Shown piece by piece: positions 41,311 to 51,301 of a DNA stretch of 64,000 bases. Both the position numbers and the translations under genes were made by a program. Source of the DNA: Longimicrobiales bacterium (GTDB lineage: Bacteria > Gemmatimonadota > Gemmatimonadetes > Longimicrobiales > Gaopeijiaceae); the NCBI GenBank assembly GCA_965219445.1, contig CBDCNQ010000004.1:608001-672000 (forward strand). The letters run 5' to 3'. The notes under the pieces are model-generated. The model was not told the origin of the DNA, ran no database searches, and worked only from the letters and a program-made list of their open reading frames with translations. Position 1 is the first letter of the stretch, and every line of letters begins with the position of its first letter.

Positions 41311-41963
41311 GGGAGCACCAATCCCAAAGCGCTGCTGACCTCAGCCTGGACCTCCTCCACCCCCTTGTCGCTCTGGACGTAGTGCACTGTGGCTTTGCTG
41401 CCCTCATAATAGGCAATCAGCGGCTCCGTCTCTCTATGGTAGACATCCAGTCGATTCTGAACCGTGGCGGCCGTGTCGTCAGCACGGTGAACGAGTGGAA
41501 CCCCGTCGTTGTCGCACACGCCCTCCGTCTGCGGCGGAGCGAGGACCGTATTGTAGACAGATCCACACGATGGGCAGGAGCGTCGACCGGAGATCCTCAT
41601 GATCAGCACTTCGTCGCTCGCCTCGAGAACGACGACCTGATCGATGGCCAGTCCAAGAGCCTGCAGCATCATACTGAATGCCGAGGCCTGCGCTTCGGTC
41701 CGGGGAAAGCCGTCGAATAGAACGCCTGTTGCGGCGGGAAGGGCGGTCAACTTCTCCTTCACCATCTCGATGATGAGGTGATCGGGCACAAGCTCACCAG
41801 CGGACATGTAGCGTTGCGCCTCAAGTCCCAGTCCGGTGCGTGCGTCCGTCGCCGATCGCAGAAGATCACCCGTAACCACCCTCTGCCATCCCATCGCATC
41901 CGCGAGCAGTACACCTTGGGTGCCCTTGCCAACTCCCGGAGGGCCCAACAGGATGACGTACAT
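41307..41963 (-). CDS. adk: Adenylate kinase
   Basis: LLGPPGVGKGTQ, TGDLLR, GELVPD, DGFPRT, LID CPSC...C, RADD. Confidence 0.97.
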   Translation of the reverse strand: MYVILLGPPGVGKGTQGVLLADAMGWQRVVTGDLLRSATDARTGLGLEAQRYMSAGELVPDHLIIEMVKEKLTALPAATGVLFDGFPRTEAQASAFSMMLQALGLAIDQVVVLEASDEVLIMRISGRRSCPSCGSVYNTVLAPPQTEGVCDNDGVPLVHRADDTAATVQNRLDVYHRETEPLIAYYEGSKATVHYVQSDKGVEEVQAEVSSALGLVLP

Positions 41964-42066
41964 TCCGGATTCCCCTCTTAAAAGGCTGTCGTCGTTCGTT
42001 GTCTGAACGCGCACAAGCGCCGTGTGCGCGACCCGTTGTACTTCTTCAACAGCCTTCTGGGCCCGA

Positions 42067-43380
42067 CTATACGTATCGAGACCGACCACGCATCTTAACG
42101 CGGCCCTTCTTCATGAACCCGTCGTAGTGGCGCAACAAGAGGTGTTGCTGCGCCTGTTGGACCGTATCGAGTCCAACGCCCACCACGATCAGCAGGCCCG
42201 TTCCTCCGAAAAAGAACGTTTGGATGTTGAAGAGGCTGAAAATCCAGAAAGGCACCAAAGCAATGAGCGCCAGATAGACCGACCCCGGTAGTGTGACACG
42301 GGTCAGAACGCGATCGATGTACTCGGCCGTCCGCGCCCCGGGCTTCACACCCGGGATGAAGGCTCCTTGCTTCTTGAGGTTCTCGGCCAGATCGACGGGG
42401 TTGAAGATGATGGCCGTATAGAAGTACGTGAAAAATACGATCAATAAGCCGTACGTGACGTAGTAGACCGGGCCGGGTTGAAAGATGTCGGCGACCATAT
42501 CGAGGAATCCCCCAGTCTGCCCGGCGAGTTGCGCGAATGTCCCCGGTACCACGATGAAGGATTGAGCGAAGATGATCGGCATGACGCCCGCCGAGTTGAC
42601 GCGAAGGGGAACGAAGCTCTTTTGTCCTTCGCGGATCCGCCCACGTCCTACCACCTTTCTGGGAATCTGAACGGGAATCTTCCGGGCGCCCATCGTCATC
42701 GCCACGACAGCGGCGGTAATTCCCACCAGCACGACCACCAGCCCGACGAGGGCGAAGATCTGAATCTGCCCAGCGATGAATGACTCCCAGGTCCTCGCCA
42801 CGGCAGCGGGGAAGCCCTCGATGATGGAGAAGAAGATCAGAAGCGACATTCCGTTGCCTATCCCCCGCTCGGTTATCTGCTCCCCGAGCCACATCACGAA
42901 TATCGCTCCCACCGTGAGGGTTACGGTCGTCGTAAGATTGAAGATGAACCCGGGAGCCCGCACGGCCCCAGTGGTGTTGAGGAATGCGGCGTAGCTGAAG
43001 CCCTGGATGACACTCAGGATTACCGTTGTGTAGCGGGTCCACTGAGTCAGCTTCTGCCGACCGTCCTCGCCCTCCTTCTGCATCTTCTCCACTGTGGGGA
43101 AGACCGCAGCCAGCAACTGGAACATGATGCTGGCCGAGATATACGGCATGATCCCGAGGGCCAAGATGGTGGCCCGGCTCAGGCCCCCGCCCACGAACAT
43201 GTCGTAGATGCCCAGAATTCCACCCTGAAGCGCTCCGAACTGCTGGCGCAGGATCCCCACGTCTACGCCGGGCACGGTGATGTGCGCACCGACCCGATAG
43301 ATCAACAGAATGAACAGCGTAAAGAGAATCTTCTCTTTGAGCTCCGGAACCCGGAAAAGATTCGGGATCGGGTTAGCCAT
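42067..43380 (-). CDS. secY: Preprotein translocase subunit SecY
   Basis: ALGIMPYISASI, WLGEQITERGIGNGMSL, NSAGVMPIIFA, GAFIPGVKPG, FGGTGLLIVVGV. Confidence 0.98.
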   Translation of the reverse strand: MANPIPNLFRVPELKEKILFTLFILLIYRVGAHITVPGVDVGILRQQFGALQGGILGIYDMFVGGGLSRATILALGIMPYISASIMFQLLAAVFPTVEKMQKEGEDGRQKLTQWTRYTTVILSVIQGFSYAAFLNTTGAVRAPGFIFNLTTTVTLTVGAIFVMWLGEQITERGIGNGMSLLIFFSIIEGFPAAVARTWESFIAGQIQIFALVGLVVVLVGITAAVVAMTMGARKIPVQIPRKVVGRGRIREGQKSFVPLRVNSAGVMPIIFAQSFIVVPGTFAQLAGQTGGFLDMVADIFQPGPVYYVTYGLLIVFFTYFYTAIIFNPVDLAENLKKQGAFIPGVKPGARTAEYIDRVLTRVTLPGSVYLALIALVPFWIFSLFNIQTFFFGGTGLLIVVGVGLDTVQQAQQHLLLRHYDGFMKKGRVKMRGRSRYV

Positions 43381-44032
43381 CGTTCTCCACTTCTGCTGGT
43401 TCGTCGGGGGAATCCGCTTCTGCCGGTTCCTCGGAAGGATCTTCATCTGCCGGTTCGGCGGGCAGATCTGCATCCGTCGCTACCTTAGGCGGCTCCGCAT
43501 CTGCCACTGCCACAGGCGGCTCCGCATCTGCTGCTGCCACAGGCGGCTCCGCATCAGCCGCTGCAGCAGGCGAAGCTACAGCCACCGCCGGACCTATCGT
43601 GGTGACGATCCCGCCGGCCGCCTCAATCTTGGCCGCTGCACCTCCACTGAACTTATGCGCCTCCACCGAGTACGCCTGGCTCACCTCGCCCATGGCAAGC
43701 AGCTTGATCAAGCCCTTGACGGAGCGGATCAAGCCCGCGTCCCTCAGCGTTTGAGCATTGACGGCGGTGCCCTCCACACGGGCAAGGTCCCCCACGTTTA
43801 CGATCTGGTAGACGTGGCGCTTCCGGGGTGTGAACCCGCGCTTCGGAATGCGGCGTTGAAGGGGCATCTGGCCGCCTTCGAAGCCCGGGCGGACGGAACC
43901 GCCGCTTCGGGATTTTTGTCCGTTCTCCCCTCGTCCGGCGGTCTTGCCCTTCCCGGACCCCGGGCCTCGACCCTTGCGCTTAGTGCTCCTGTGGGACCCG
44001 GCAGCGGGCCGTAGTTCGTGTAACTCAGCCAT
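43373..44032 (-). CDS. rplO: 50S ribosomal protein L15 with acidic repetitive C-terminal extension
   Basis: GRGPGSGKGKTAGRG, GFEGGQMPLQRRIPKRGF, KIEAAGG, then a ~70-aa Ala/Glu/Pro tail. Confidence 0.97.
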   Translation of the reverse strand: MAELHELRPAAGSHRSTKRKGRGPGSGKGKTAGRGENGQKSRSGGSVRPGFEGGQMPLQRRIPKRGFTPRKRHVYQIVNVGDLARVEGTAVNAQTLRDAGLIRSVKGLIKLLAMGEVSQAYSVEAHKFSGGAAAKIEAAGGIVTTIGPAVAVASPAAAADAEPPVAAADAEPPVAVADAEPPKVATDADLPAEPADEDPSEEPAEADSPDEPAEVENDG

Positions 44033-44217
44033 TACTCAATCTCATTGACTTGAACGAGGTGGTGGACCTGTCGCAACATACCCCGAATCGCCGGGCCATC
44101 GTCATGGACCACCGTCTGCTGGTGTTTCTTGAAACCGAGCGCCGCTAGCGTACGGCGATGCTTGAACTTCCGCCCCACACCACTGCGGACCTGCGTGATA
44201 GCCAGTTTCTTAGGCAT
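44032..44217 (-). CDS. rpmD: 50S ribosomal protein L30
   Basis: [15 protein letters not shown]...TLAALG...[15 protein letters not shown]. Confidence 0.95.
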   Translation of the reverse strand: MPKKLAITQVRSGVGRKFKHRRTLAALGFKKHQQTVVHDDGPAIRGMLRQVHHLVQVNEIE

Positions 44218-44743
44218 CGTCGGCAATCCCCAGAATAACCTCCACGGGCACACCTCGTTCCCGTGAAGCTTGCTCGGCCGTGACCAGGTTGGTGAGACCA
44301 TCCATCGTGGCACGGACCACATTGATCGGGTTGTTGCTACCCAGGCTCTTGGTAAGGATATCCTTGATCCCCACTGCCTCGAGTACCGACCGGACCGGTC
44401 CGCCGGCGATCACGCCAGTTCCGGGCGCTGCCGGACGAAGCATGACACGGCCAGCACCCCACCGGCCGACGATCTCGTGAGGGATGGTCCCGTTCTGGAC
44501 GGGAATCTCCACTAGCTCCCTCTTGCCCCGTTCGAACGCCTTTCGGATGGCCTCCGCGACCTCATTCGCCTTGGCGAGCCCGATACCGACACGGCCCTTC
44601 TGATCTCCGACGGATACCAGCGCTGTAAAGGAGAACCTGCGGCCACCCTTTACCACCTTGGCCACCCGGTTGATATGAATCACGTTCTCGGCGAACTCGG
44701 ACTCGCGCGCTCGACTCTGTTTGCGTTTCTGTTCCCTGGCCAT
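44210..44743 (-). CDS. rpsE: 30S ribosomal protein S5
   Basis: [45 protein letters not shown]. Confidence 0.98.
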   Translation of the reverse strand: MAREQKRKQSRARESEFAENVIHINRVAKVVKGGRRFSFTALVSVGDQKGRVGIGLAKANEVAEAIRKAFERGKRELVEIPVQNGTIPHEIVGRWGAGRVMLRPAAPGTGVIAGGPVRSVLEAVGIKDILTKSLGSNNPINVVRATMDGLTNLVTAEQASRERGVPVEVILGIADDA

Positions 44744-45126
44744 CAGAACTTCAATCCTCCCTCTCGGGCGCCCTCCGCGAAGGCTTTCACCCGGCCATGA
44801 TACTGGTATCCCCCTCGATCGAACACGACCGCTTCCACCCCAATCGCTTTGGCCCGATCAGCGAGGAGCTTGCCAGCGGCTCTGGCCCGCTCGACCCTCA
44901 CGTTCTGACCCTCGGCCTTGAAGTCGGAGAGATCCGCACAAAGGGTGGAAAGACCCACCAGCGTCCGCCCCGCATCGTCATTAACGACCTGACCCTCGAG
45001 ATTCTTCAGCGAACGGAACACCACAAGTCTCGGTCGCCCCGCTGTTCCCCAGATCTTCTTGCGAACGCGGGCATGCCGTCGTCGCCGCTGGCCTTCACGT
45101 GTCTTACCGGCTTTCTTGCTGCTCAT
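44743..45126 (-). CDS. rplR: 50S ribosomal protein L18
   Basis: [41 protein letters not shown]. Confidence 0.97.
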   Translation of the reverse strand: MSSKKAGKTREGQRRRRHARVRKKIWGTAGRPRLVVFRSLKNLEGQVVNDDAGRTLVGLSTLCADLSDFKAEGQNVRVERARAAGKLLADRAKAIGVEAVVFDRGGYQYHGRVKAFAEGAREGGLKF

Positions 45127-45136
45127 CGTCCTACCT

Positions 45137-45679
45137 CTATACTGTTGTCGCCGTCTTGCCGGCTTTACGCCGTACATGTTCACCCTGGTACCGAATCCCC
45201 TTGCCCTTGTACGGCTCGGGCGGACGGAAGGAGCGGATCTCGGCCGCCGCTTGGCCCACCTTCTGTTTGTCCACCCCTGTGACGACAATCGTAGTCTGGT
45301 CCGGGAGCTCCAAGCTCACCCCATCCGGAGCTGGATACTGGATCGTGTGCGAAAACCCCAGGTGCAATTCGACGCCCGAGCCCCTTTGGATGGCACGATA
45401 CCCCACACCTTGAATCTCGAGTGTCTTTCTGAAACCGGTCAGGACGCCCTCGACCATGTTGGCCACCAACATTCGGGTCAGACCGTGTAGAGCGCGGTGC
45501 TGGGGCTCATCCGACGGCCTCGTCACCGTAACCACTCCGTCGTCCATGGTCACGGTGATGTCCGGGTGCACATCCAAAGAGAGCTCGCCCTTTGGACCCT
45601 TCACTCGCACTACCTGCCCGTTGAGGGTCACGTCAGCCCCTTGGGGGACTTCAATCGGTTGTTTACCAATCCGCGACAT
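45137..45679 (-). CDS. rplF: 50S ribosomal protein L6
   Basis: [35 protein letters not shown]. Confidence 0.98.
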   Translation of the reverse strand: MSRIGKQPIEVPQGADVTLNGQVVRVKGPKGELSLDVHPDITVTMDDGVVTVTRPSDEPQHRALHGLTRMLVANMVEGVLTGFRKTLEIQGVGYRAIQRGSGVELHLGFSHTIQYPAPDGVSLELPDQTTIVVTGVDKQKVGQAAAEIRSFRPPEPYKGKGIRYQGEHVRRKAGKTATTV

Positions 45680-45717
45680 CTGCTATCTCCTTCAATAGCC
45701 TTCTCCTCGGTTCCGGT

Positions 45718-46110
45718 TCACCAGACGAGGGCCATGAGTTCTCCGCCAACGCCCTGCTTACGAGCCACCCTGTCCGACATCAGGCCTCGCGACGTGGAGA
45801 GGATGGCCATCCCCAACCCATTCCGAACCCTTGGAATCTCGTCGACGGCCACATAGCGTCTCCGCCCGGGACGGGAAACCCGCTTAAGGTGCCTGATCAC
45901 AGGCCCCTCGTCGTGATACTTGAGATACACACGAAGCACCCCGAACCGGCCGTCGTCCAAGATCTTGAAGTCATAGATGAAGTGGTTGTCCTTCAGTAGG
46001 TCGGCAACCTTGGTCTTGAGCTTCGAGACCGGCATGTCCACCCACTTGTGCCCTGCGCTTCCGGCATTCCGGATGCGAGTGAGCATATCCGCGATCGGGT
46101 CAGTCATCAT
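45718..46110 (-). CDS. rpsH: 30S ribosomal protein S8
   Basis: MTDPIADMLTRIRNA, RVSRPGRRRY, GLGMAILSTSRG. Confidence 0.98.
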   Translation of the reverse strand: MMTDPIADMLTRIRNAGSAGHKWVDMPVSKLKTKVADLLKDNHFIYDFKILDDGRFGVLRVYLKYHDEGPVIRHLKRVSRPGRRRYVAVDEIPRVRNGLGMAILSTSRGLMSDRVARKQGVGGELMALVW

Positions 46111-46127
46111 CGTTCGATTCGATCCTT

Positions 46128-46313
46128 TTACCAGCTTGATTTCCGGACGCCCGGAATTTCACCCTGAAGCGCCTTTTGGCGGAAACAAATACGGCAGATT
46201 CCAAACTTCCGGATGAACGCACGGGGGCGTCCGCACCGGTTACAGCGATTACGGTGCCGGCCCGGAAACTTGGGCTTGCGATTATTTCTTTCGATCAGGG
46301 CCTTCCTGGCCAT
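46128..46313 (-). CDS. rpsN: 30S ribosomal protein S14 (type Z, zinc-binding)
   Basis: 61 aa; RCNRCGRPR...FGICRICFR...[11 protein letters not shown]. Confidence 0.97.
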   Translation of the reverse strand: MARKALIERNNRKPKFPGRHRNRCNRCGRPRAFIRKFGICRICFRQKALQGEIPGVRKSSW

Positions 46314-46331
46314 CGACTTCCCCTATCCGTG

Positions 46332-46907
46332 TTAGTTGGCAGTCTGCTCGATCACAACCGGAATCTCCCCCTGGAAAGGGAAGCCCATCGCCCTGAGCAG
46401 GGCCAGCGCCACATCGTCTTTGTCCGTGTTCGTGACAACGCTGATGTCCATGCCGTGAATCTGACCGACCTTGTCGAAGTCGATCTCTGGAAAAATGATC
46501 TGCTCCCGAATCCCCATCGTGAAGTTACCCCGGCCGTCGAAGGAGCGCGTAGGCAATCCGCGAAAATCTCGGACACGAGGGATGGCGACGCTTACAAGAC
46601 GATCCAGGAACTCGTACATCCGACTCTTTCGAAGCGTCACCGATGCTCCGATAGGCATTCCCTCCCGCAACTGGAAATTCGAAACGGACCTCCGCGCCCT
46701 CGTCACCACGGCCTTCTGTCCCGTGATCACACCCAATTCATCGACCACGGCGGTCAGGAGCTTGGCGTTCTTCGATGCCTCACCCACACCCACGTTCAGG
46801 ACAGCCTTCTCAATTCTCGGGATCTGGTTCGGGTTGGACCATTGGAACTGCTCGGCCAACTTGGGCCGCGCATATGCCTTGTAATGTTTCAGTAGTCTGG
46901 GTTCCAT
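46332..46907 (-). CDS. rplE: 50S ribosomal protein L5
   Basis: [45 protein letters not shown]. Confidence 0.98.
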   Translation of the reverse strand: MEPRLLKHYKAYARPKLAEQFQWSNPNQIPRIEKAVLNVGVGEASKNAKLLTAVVDELGVITGQKAVVTRARRSVSNFQLREGMPIGASVTLRKSRMYEFLDRLVSVAIPRVRDFRGLPTRSFDGRGNFTMGIREQIIFPEIDFDKVGQIHGMDISVVTNTDKDDVALALLRAMGFPFQGEIPVVIEQTAN

Positions 46908-46923
46908 CTCCCTACGCTCCCAC

Positions 46924-47265
46924 CTACGGTTTAGGGATCGGATTGCCGGTTTTCACAGCGATCCTCTCCCTTGCACCATCATCCTCTATGCGAACCCGGA
47001 TCCGACTCGCCTCGCCTCCAGCGGTATCCACTAGCATGACGTTAGATACGTGAATTGGCGCCTCGAAAGTCATGATTCCACCCTCGGGATTCGCTTCACT
47101 TGGTCTCTCATGACGTTTCCGCATGTTGACGCCCTCCACAACCACTCGCTCCTTGGAAGGAATTACCCTGAGCACCGGCCCTTCCATGTCACGGAAGTTA
47201 CCTCGAATGACCCGGACACGATCCCCCTTCACGATGCTCCACGACGACTTTTTCTTGGCCATCAA
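46924..47265 (-). CDS. rplX: 50S ribosomal protein L24
   Basis: [29 protein letters not shown]. Confidence 0.97.
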   Translation of the reverse strand: MMAKKKSSWSIVKGDRVRVIRGNFRDMEGPVLRVIPSKERVVVEGVNMRKRHERPSEANPEGGIMTFEAPIHVSNVMLVDTAGGEASRIRVRIEDDGARERIAVKTGNPIPKP

Positions 47266-47630
47266 AGCACCTCCGGAGCCAAGGAAACAATTTTCATGTA
47301 CCGCTTCTCGCGAAGTTCACGGCCTACCGGGCCGAAGATACGAGTTCCCCTAGGATCTCCCTGGGGCGTGAGTAGTACCGCTGCGTTGTCGTCGAAACGG
47401 ATATAGGTCCCGTCCTGGCGCCTCACCTCCTTGGCAGTCCGCACGATTACCGCCTGTGTGACCTCACCCTTTTTCACGGGTGAGTTCGGAATGGCATCCT
47501 TGACGGTCACGACGACCACGTCGCCGACACTCGCATAGCGCCGCTTCGAGCCTCCCAGAACGCGGATACACAGTGCGCTCTTGGCTCCCGAGTTATCGGC
47601 AATCTTGAGCATCGATTCCTGCTGAATCAT
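47262..47630 (-). CDS. rplN: 50S ribosomal protein L14
   Basis: [43 protein letters not shown]. Confidence 0.98.
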   Translation of the reverse strand: MIQQESMLKIADNSGAKSALCIRVLGGSKRRYASVGDVVVVTVKDAIPNSPVKKGEVTQAVIVRTAKEVRRQDGTYIRFDDNAAVLLTPQGDPRGTRIFGPVGRELREKRYMKIVSLAPEVL

Positions 47631-47645
47631 CGTGTTCTAGTCCTG

Positions 47646-47999
47646 TTACTCAGGGCGCTCGAGCAGCTCCATGACACGCCATCGCTTCGTTTTCGACAGC
47701 GGCCGCGTTTCAGAAATCCGAACCACATCCCCCGTCTGATATTCGTTGCTCTCATCGTGCGCCCGGTATTTCTTGGTCTTCTTCACTTGTTTCGTATAGA
47801 GCGGATGGGCGAATTGCCGTTCTACGAGGACCGTTACCGTCTTGTCGTTCTGGTCGGAGACCACCACTCCAGTCCGAACCTTGCGCCGCACACGCGCTCC
47901 GCCCGTTTCCCGCACCTCAGCCTGCTCGACCTCAGTGTGCTCGACCTCAGTCTGCTCGACCTCAGTCTCTTCGACCTTCTCGGATGTCTCTTCTGCCAT
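47646..47999 (-). CDS. rpsQ: 30S ribosomal protein S17 with acidic N-terminal extension
   Basis: [37 protein letters not shown]. Confidence 0.97.
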   Translation of the reverse strand: MAEETSEKVEETEVEQTEVEHTEVEQAEVRETGGARVRRKVRTGVVVSDQNDKTVTVLVERQFAHPLYTKQVKKTKKYRAHDESNEYQTGDVVRISETRPLSKTKRWRVMELLERPE

Positions 48000-48011
48000 G
48001 GCTATTTCACT

Positions 48012-48332
48012 CTATTCTGCCGTCTCGGGCACCTCCGACGTCTCCGTCTCGGGCACCTCCGACGTCTCCGCCTCGGGCACCTCCGACGTCTCCGCCTCGG
48101 GCACCTCCGACGTCTCCGTCTCGGACGTCTCCGACGTCTCGGAAAGCTCTCGCTCCCGAAGAATTGTGTTCAGGCGCGCAACGTCACGCCGAATGTGCTG
48201 AACCAACTTGGGATTCTCGAGCTCCATCGTCCCCATTCGAAAACGAAGGCGAAATCTTTCCTCCCTCAGCTCTTCGAGTCGTGCCCGGATTTCGACATCG
48301 TCCCAATCGCGAATCTCTTCCGCCTTCATCAT
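48012..48332 (-). CDS. rpmC: 50S ribosomal protein L29 with acidic tandem-repeat C-terminal tail
   Basis: MKAEEIR...LREERFRLRF...LENP...IRRDVARLNTILRE, then (ETSEVPE[A/T])n. Confidence 0.96.
   Translation of the reverse strand: MMKAEEIRDWDDVEIRARLEELREERFRLRFRMGTMELENPKLVQHIRRDVARLNTILRERELSETSETSETETSEVPEAETSEVPEAETSEVPETETSEVPETAE
48021..48143. repeat. 24-bp coding tandem repeat (4 copies plus partial units) in the rpmC tail
   Basis: CTCGGGCACCTCCGACGTCTCCG(T/C) repeated in tandem. Confidence 0.9.
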
Positions 48333-48339
48333 TTCCTCA

Positions 48340-48759
48340 CTAACCGAGTTGCCGCTCGCGAGAGACGAACTGTGTGGCCACCGGCAGCTTGGCCGCCGCC
48401 AACTCCATGGCCCGCCGTGCCGTCTCCTCGGGCACGCCCTCGAGCTCGAACATCATCCGGCCGGGCTTGACAACGGCCACCCAACCCTCGGGATTGCCCT
48501 TTCCCTTCCCCATGCGGGTTTCGGCGGGTTTGGAGGTGATCGGCTTGTCCGGGAAAATCCGGATCCAAACCTTCCCATCGCGCTTGATGTGACGGGTCAT
48601 CGCCACACGGGCAGACTCGATTTGCCGGTTCGAGATCCAGCCGCACTCCGTTGCCTGGAGCCCGTATTCACCGAAGGAGACCTTATTGCCGCGATAGGCC
48701 TTGCCACGCATCCGGCCCTTATGGGTCTTGCGGTGCTTTACTCGCTTGGGCGCTAGCAT
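48340..48759 (-). CDS. rplP: 50S ribosomal protein L16
   Basis: [39 protein letters not shown]. Confidence 0.98.
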   Translation of the reverse strand: MLAPKRVKHRKTHKGRMRGKAYRGNKVSFGEYGLQATECGWISNRQIESARVAMTRHIKRDGKVWIRIFPDKPITSKPAETRMGKGKGNPEGWVAVVKPGRMMFELEGVPEETARRAMELAAAKLPVATQFVSRERQLG

Positions 48760-48775
48760 TCTCTATTCCTCTCCG

Positions 48776-49435
48776 TCACGAGCCTGTGGAGTACGTGCGC
48801 CCGCGGCGTTCCTCCACCACCTCACCGGTGAAAATCCAGCACTTCACCCCGACGACCCCGTACGTCGTTGCCGCGTGAATCTGCGCGTAGTCGATGTCCG
48901 CGCGGAGCGTGTGCAAGGGCACACGTCCCTCGTTGTATCCCTCGGTTCGCGCGATCTCCGCACCACCCAACCGTCCGGCACACTGAATCTTGATGCCTTC
49001 CGCCCCACCGCGAATCGCCGACTGGACTGCTCGTTTCATCGCTCGCCGGAAGGAGATACGCTGCCTCAATTGGTGGGCTACGTTTTCCGCCACCAGGCGG
49101 GCATCGATCTCGGGACGCCTAATTTCCTCCACGTTCACCGAGATGTCGGCGTTGGTGACCAGCGCCAACTCGTCCCTCAGTTTATCGACCTCGGCACCAC
49201 GCTTACCGATGACGACACCGGGTCGGGCGGTGAACAGGGTCACGACGATCTTCGACGGCTTCTGCTCGATCTCCACCTTGGACAACGCCGCGTGCGCTAG
49301 GCGCCGCTCGAGGTACGTGCGGATTTTTTCGTCCTCCTGAAGCAGACGAGGAAAATCCCGCTCGGCATACCAGCGGGATCTCCAATCCTTGACGATGCCA
49401 AGTCGGAATCCCAACGGGTGAGTCTTTTGTCCCAT
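48776..49435 (-). CDS. rpsC: 30S ribosomal protein S3
   Basis: [48 protein letters not shown]. Confidence 0.98.
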   Translation of the reverse strand: MGQKTHPLGFRLGIVKDWRSRWYAERDFPRLLQEDEKIRTYLERRLAHAALSKVEIEQKPSKIVVTLFTARPGVVIGKRGAEVDKLRDELALVTNADISVNVEEIRRPEIDARLVAENVAHQLRQRISFRRAMKRAVQSAIRGGAEGIKIQCAGRLGGAEIARTEGYNEGRVPLHTLRADIDYAQIHAATTYGVVGVKCWIFTGEVVEERRGRTYSTGS

Positions 49436-49436
49436 G

Positions 49437-49793
49437 CTATTCCTCGGTGTCCACGACGACTGTGATATGGCTCGTCCGCTTCCGAAGGGGAGCCGCCCGA
49501 CCCATGGCCGCCGCTCTCCATCGCATTTGCGTCGGTCCCTCATCGACGAACGCGGTCGTTATCCTCAATTCGTCTGTATCGAGAACATCCCCCGAATCCT
49601 CAGCTCTATTCCGCGCATTCGCCACGGCCGACCGAAGTGTTTTGCCGACCGGATCCGCAGCGGCCTTCTTCGAAAACTGAAGAATCGAGTATGCTTCGTT
49701 CACCGACTTTCCGCGGATCTGGTCCACCACCAGGCGGACCTTCCGTGGACTCATCCGCACCTGCCGGGCAATCGCCTTGGCCTGCATGTCCAT
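49437..49793 (-). CDS. rplV: 50S ribosomal protein L22
   Basis: [39 protein letters not shown]. Confidence 0.97.
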   Translation of the reverse strand: MDMQAKAIARQVRMSPRKVRLVVDQIRGKSVNEAYSILQFSKKAAADPVGKTLRSAVANARNRAEDSGDVLDTDELRITTAFVDEGPTQMRWRAAAMGRAAPLRKRTSHITVVVDTEE

Positions 49794-49801
49794 TCTCCCC
49801 G

Positions 49802-50089
49802 CTACTCTATCTTGGACCGCTTGTCGGAAAGCTTTCCACCGTGACCCCTGAAGAGGCGCGTCGGGGAGAACTCTCCGAGCTTGTGGCCCACCATGTTTTC
49901 CGTGATGTACACGGGAATAAACTTGTTGCCGTTGTGGACCGCGACCGTGTGCCCGACGAAGTCTGGCGAGATCGTCGACGCTCTCGCCCAGGTCTTAATG
50001 ACCTGTTTCTCATTGCGGGCGTTCATGGCGTCGACCTTCGCAAGTAGTTTGTCGTCGATGTACGGGCCCTTCCTAACGCTACGTGGCAT
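49802..50089 (-). CDS. rpsS: 30S ribosomal protein S19
   Basis: [34 protein letters not shown]. Confidence 0.98.
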   Translation of the reverse strand: MPRSVRKGPYIDDKLLAKVDAMNARNEKQVIKTWARASTISPDFVGHTVAVHNGNKFIPVYITENMVGHKLGEFSPTRLFRGHGGKLSDKRSKIE

Positions 50090-50128
50090 AAAATCGACCT
50101 CTACTAAAAACCGTTGGGACCCGTGACA

Positions 50129-50974
50129 TCATGATTGCGTCGCCTTACCTCGCTTACGTCCGCGAATGATGTACTTGTTCGACTGTTTCTTTCTTTTCCT
50201 CGTCTTCTTGCCCTCACGCTTACCCCAGGGCGTTACCGGGGGCCGGCCACCCGAAGCCCGCCCCTCACCGCCACCAAGCGGATGGTCCACCGGGTTCATC
50301 GCCACTCCCCGAACCTTCGGCCTCCGGCCGCGCCAGCGGTTGGCTCCTGCCTTGCCGAGATTCTGGAGGTTGTGCTCTATGTTGCCGACCTGTCCGATTG
50401 TGGCCGAGCAGGTCTTGAGCACCTGCCGTACCTCGGTCGAAGGTAGGCGGAGGGAGACATATTTACCTTCCTTGGCAACCACCTGCACACCCGCTCCGGC
50501 GGAGCGCGCCATCTGCCCCCCCTTGCCCGGTTTGAGCTCGATGTTGTGCACCACCGTACCGAGAGGAACTTTGGCCAGAGGAAGCGCGTTGCCCACCCGA
50601 ATGTCGGCGTCCGGGCCCGACATTATGGCAGTACCGACCTGGAGCCCTCGCGGGTGAAGAATGTAACGCTTCTCTCCATCGGCATAATGAACCAGGGCGA
50701 TGTTTGAACTGCGATTCGGATCGTACTCGATCGCGGCGATCTTCCCCGGAACGCCAAACTTGTCTCGGCGAAAGTCGATGCGGCGGTAACGCCGTTTGTG
50801 TCCACCCCCCCGCCTGCGAGACGTCACCCGACCATGATGGTTACGGCCGCCGGATTTCGACGCGCCCTCGAGAAGCGACTTCTCCGGGGCCTTCTTCGTC
50901 AGTACATCCGAGTTGTCGACGATGGAGCGGAATCGCGTCCCGGGCGTCATCGGTTTGAATTTCTTGATAGCCAT
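50129..50974 (-). CDS. rplB: 50S ribosomal protein L2
   Basis: [43 protein letters not shown]. Confidence 0.98.
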   Translation of the reverse strand: MAIKKFKPMTPGTRFRSIVDNSDVLTKKAPEKSLLEGASKSGGRNHHGRVTSRRRGGGHKRRYRRIDFRRDKFGVPGKIAAIEYDPNRSSNIALVHYADGEKRYILHPRGLQVGTAIMSGPDADIRVGNALPLAKVPLGTVVHNIELKPGKGGQMARSAGAGVQVVAKEGKYVSLRLPSTEVRQVLKTCSATIGQVGNIEHNLQNLGKAGANRWRGRRPKVRGVAMNPVDHPLGGGEGRASGGRPPVTPWGKREGKKTRKRKKQSNKYIIRGRKRGKATQS

Positions 50975-50979
50975 CGGTG

Positions 50980-51291
50980 TTATCCGACCTCGTAGAACTC
51001 GATGTGGTCACCCTCGGCCAACTGAACAACGGCCTTCTTGAACGCCGGGCGTCGCCCGATCTTCGGGTTCCGGGACAGCCGCCCCATCAGAGCCCGCTTC
51101 GCCTTGCCACGATACTGCATCGTTCGTACGTCGCTCACTTTCACGTCCCAGATGCCCTCGATCGCCCTCGAAATCTCGATCTTGTTGGCTTTTCGGTCCA
51201 CGATGAACGTGTAGACGTTGTCATTTTCGATCGCATCCGCCGATTTTTCTGTCACGACCGGTGCATAGATCACATCATAAACGTCGCTCAT
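50980..51291 (-). CDS. rplW: 50S ribosomal protein L23
   Basis: PVVTEKS, YTF.V...ANK.EI, KKAVVQL. Confidence 0.96.
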   Translation of the reverse strand: MSDVYDVIYAPVVTEKSADAIENDNVYTFIVDRKANKIEISRAIEGIWDVKVSDVRTMQYRGKAKRALMGRLSRNPKIGRRPAFKKAVVQLAEGDHIEFYEVG

Positions 51292-51301
51292 CGTCGCCTC
51301 C

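Noticed and set aside
48021..48143. CRISPR-like or mobile repeat
   Set aside because: Contiguous 24-bp in-frame units with no spacers, inside the rpmC coding tail.
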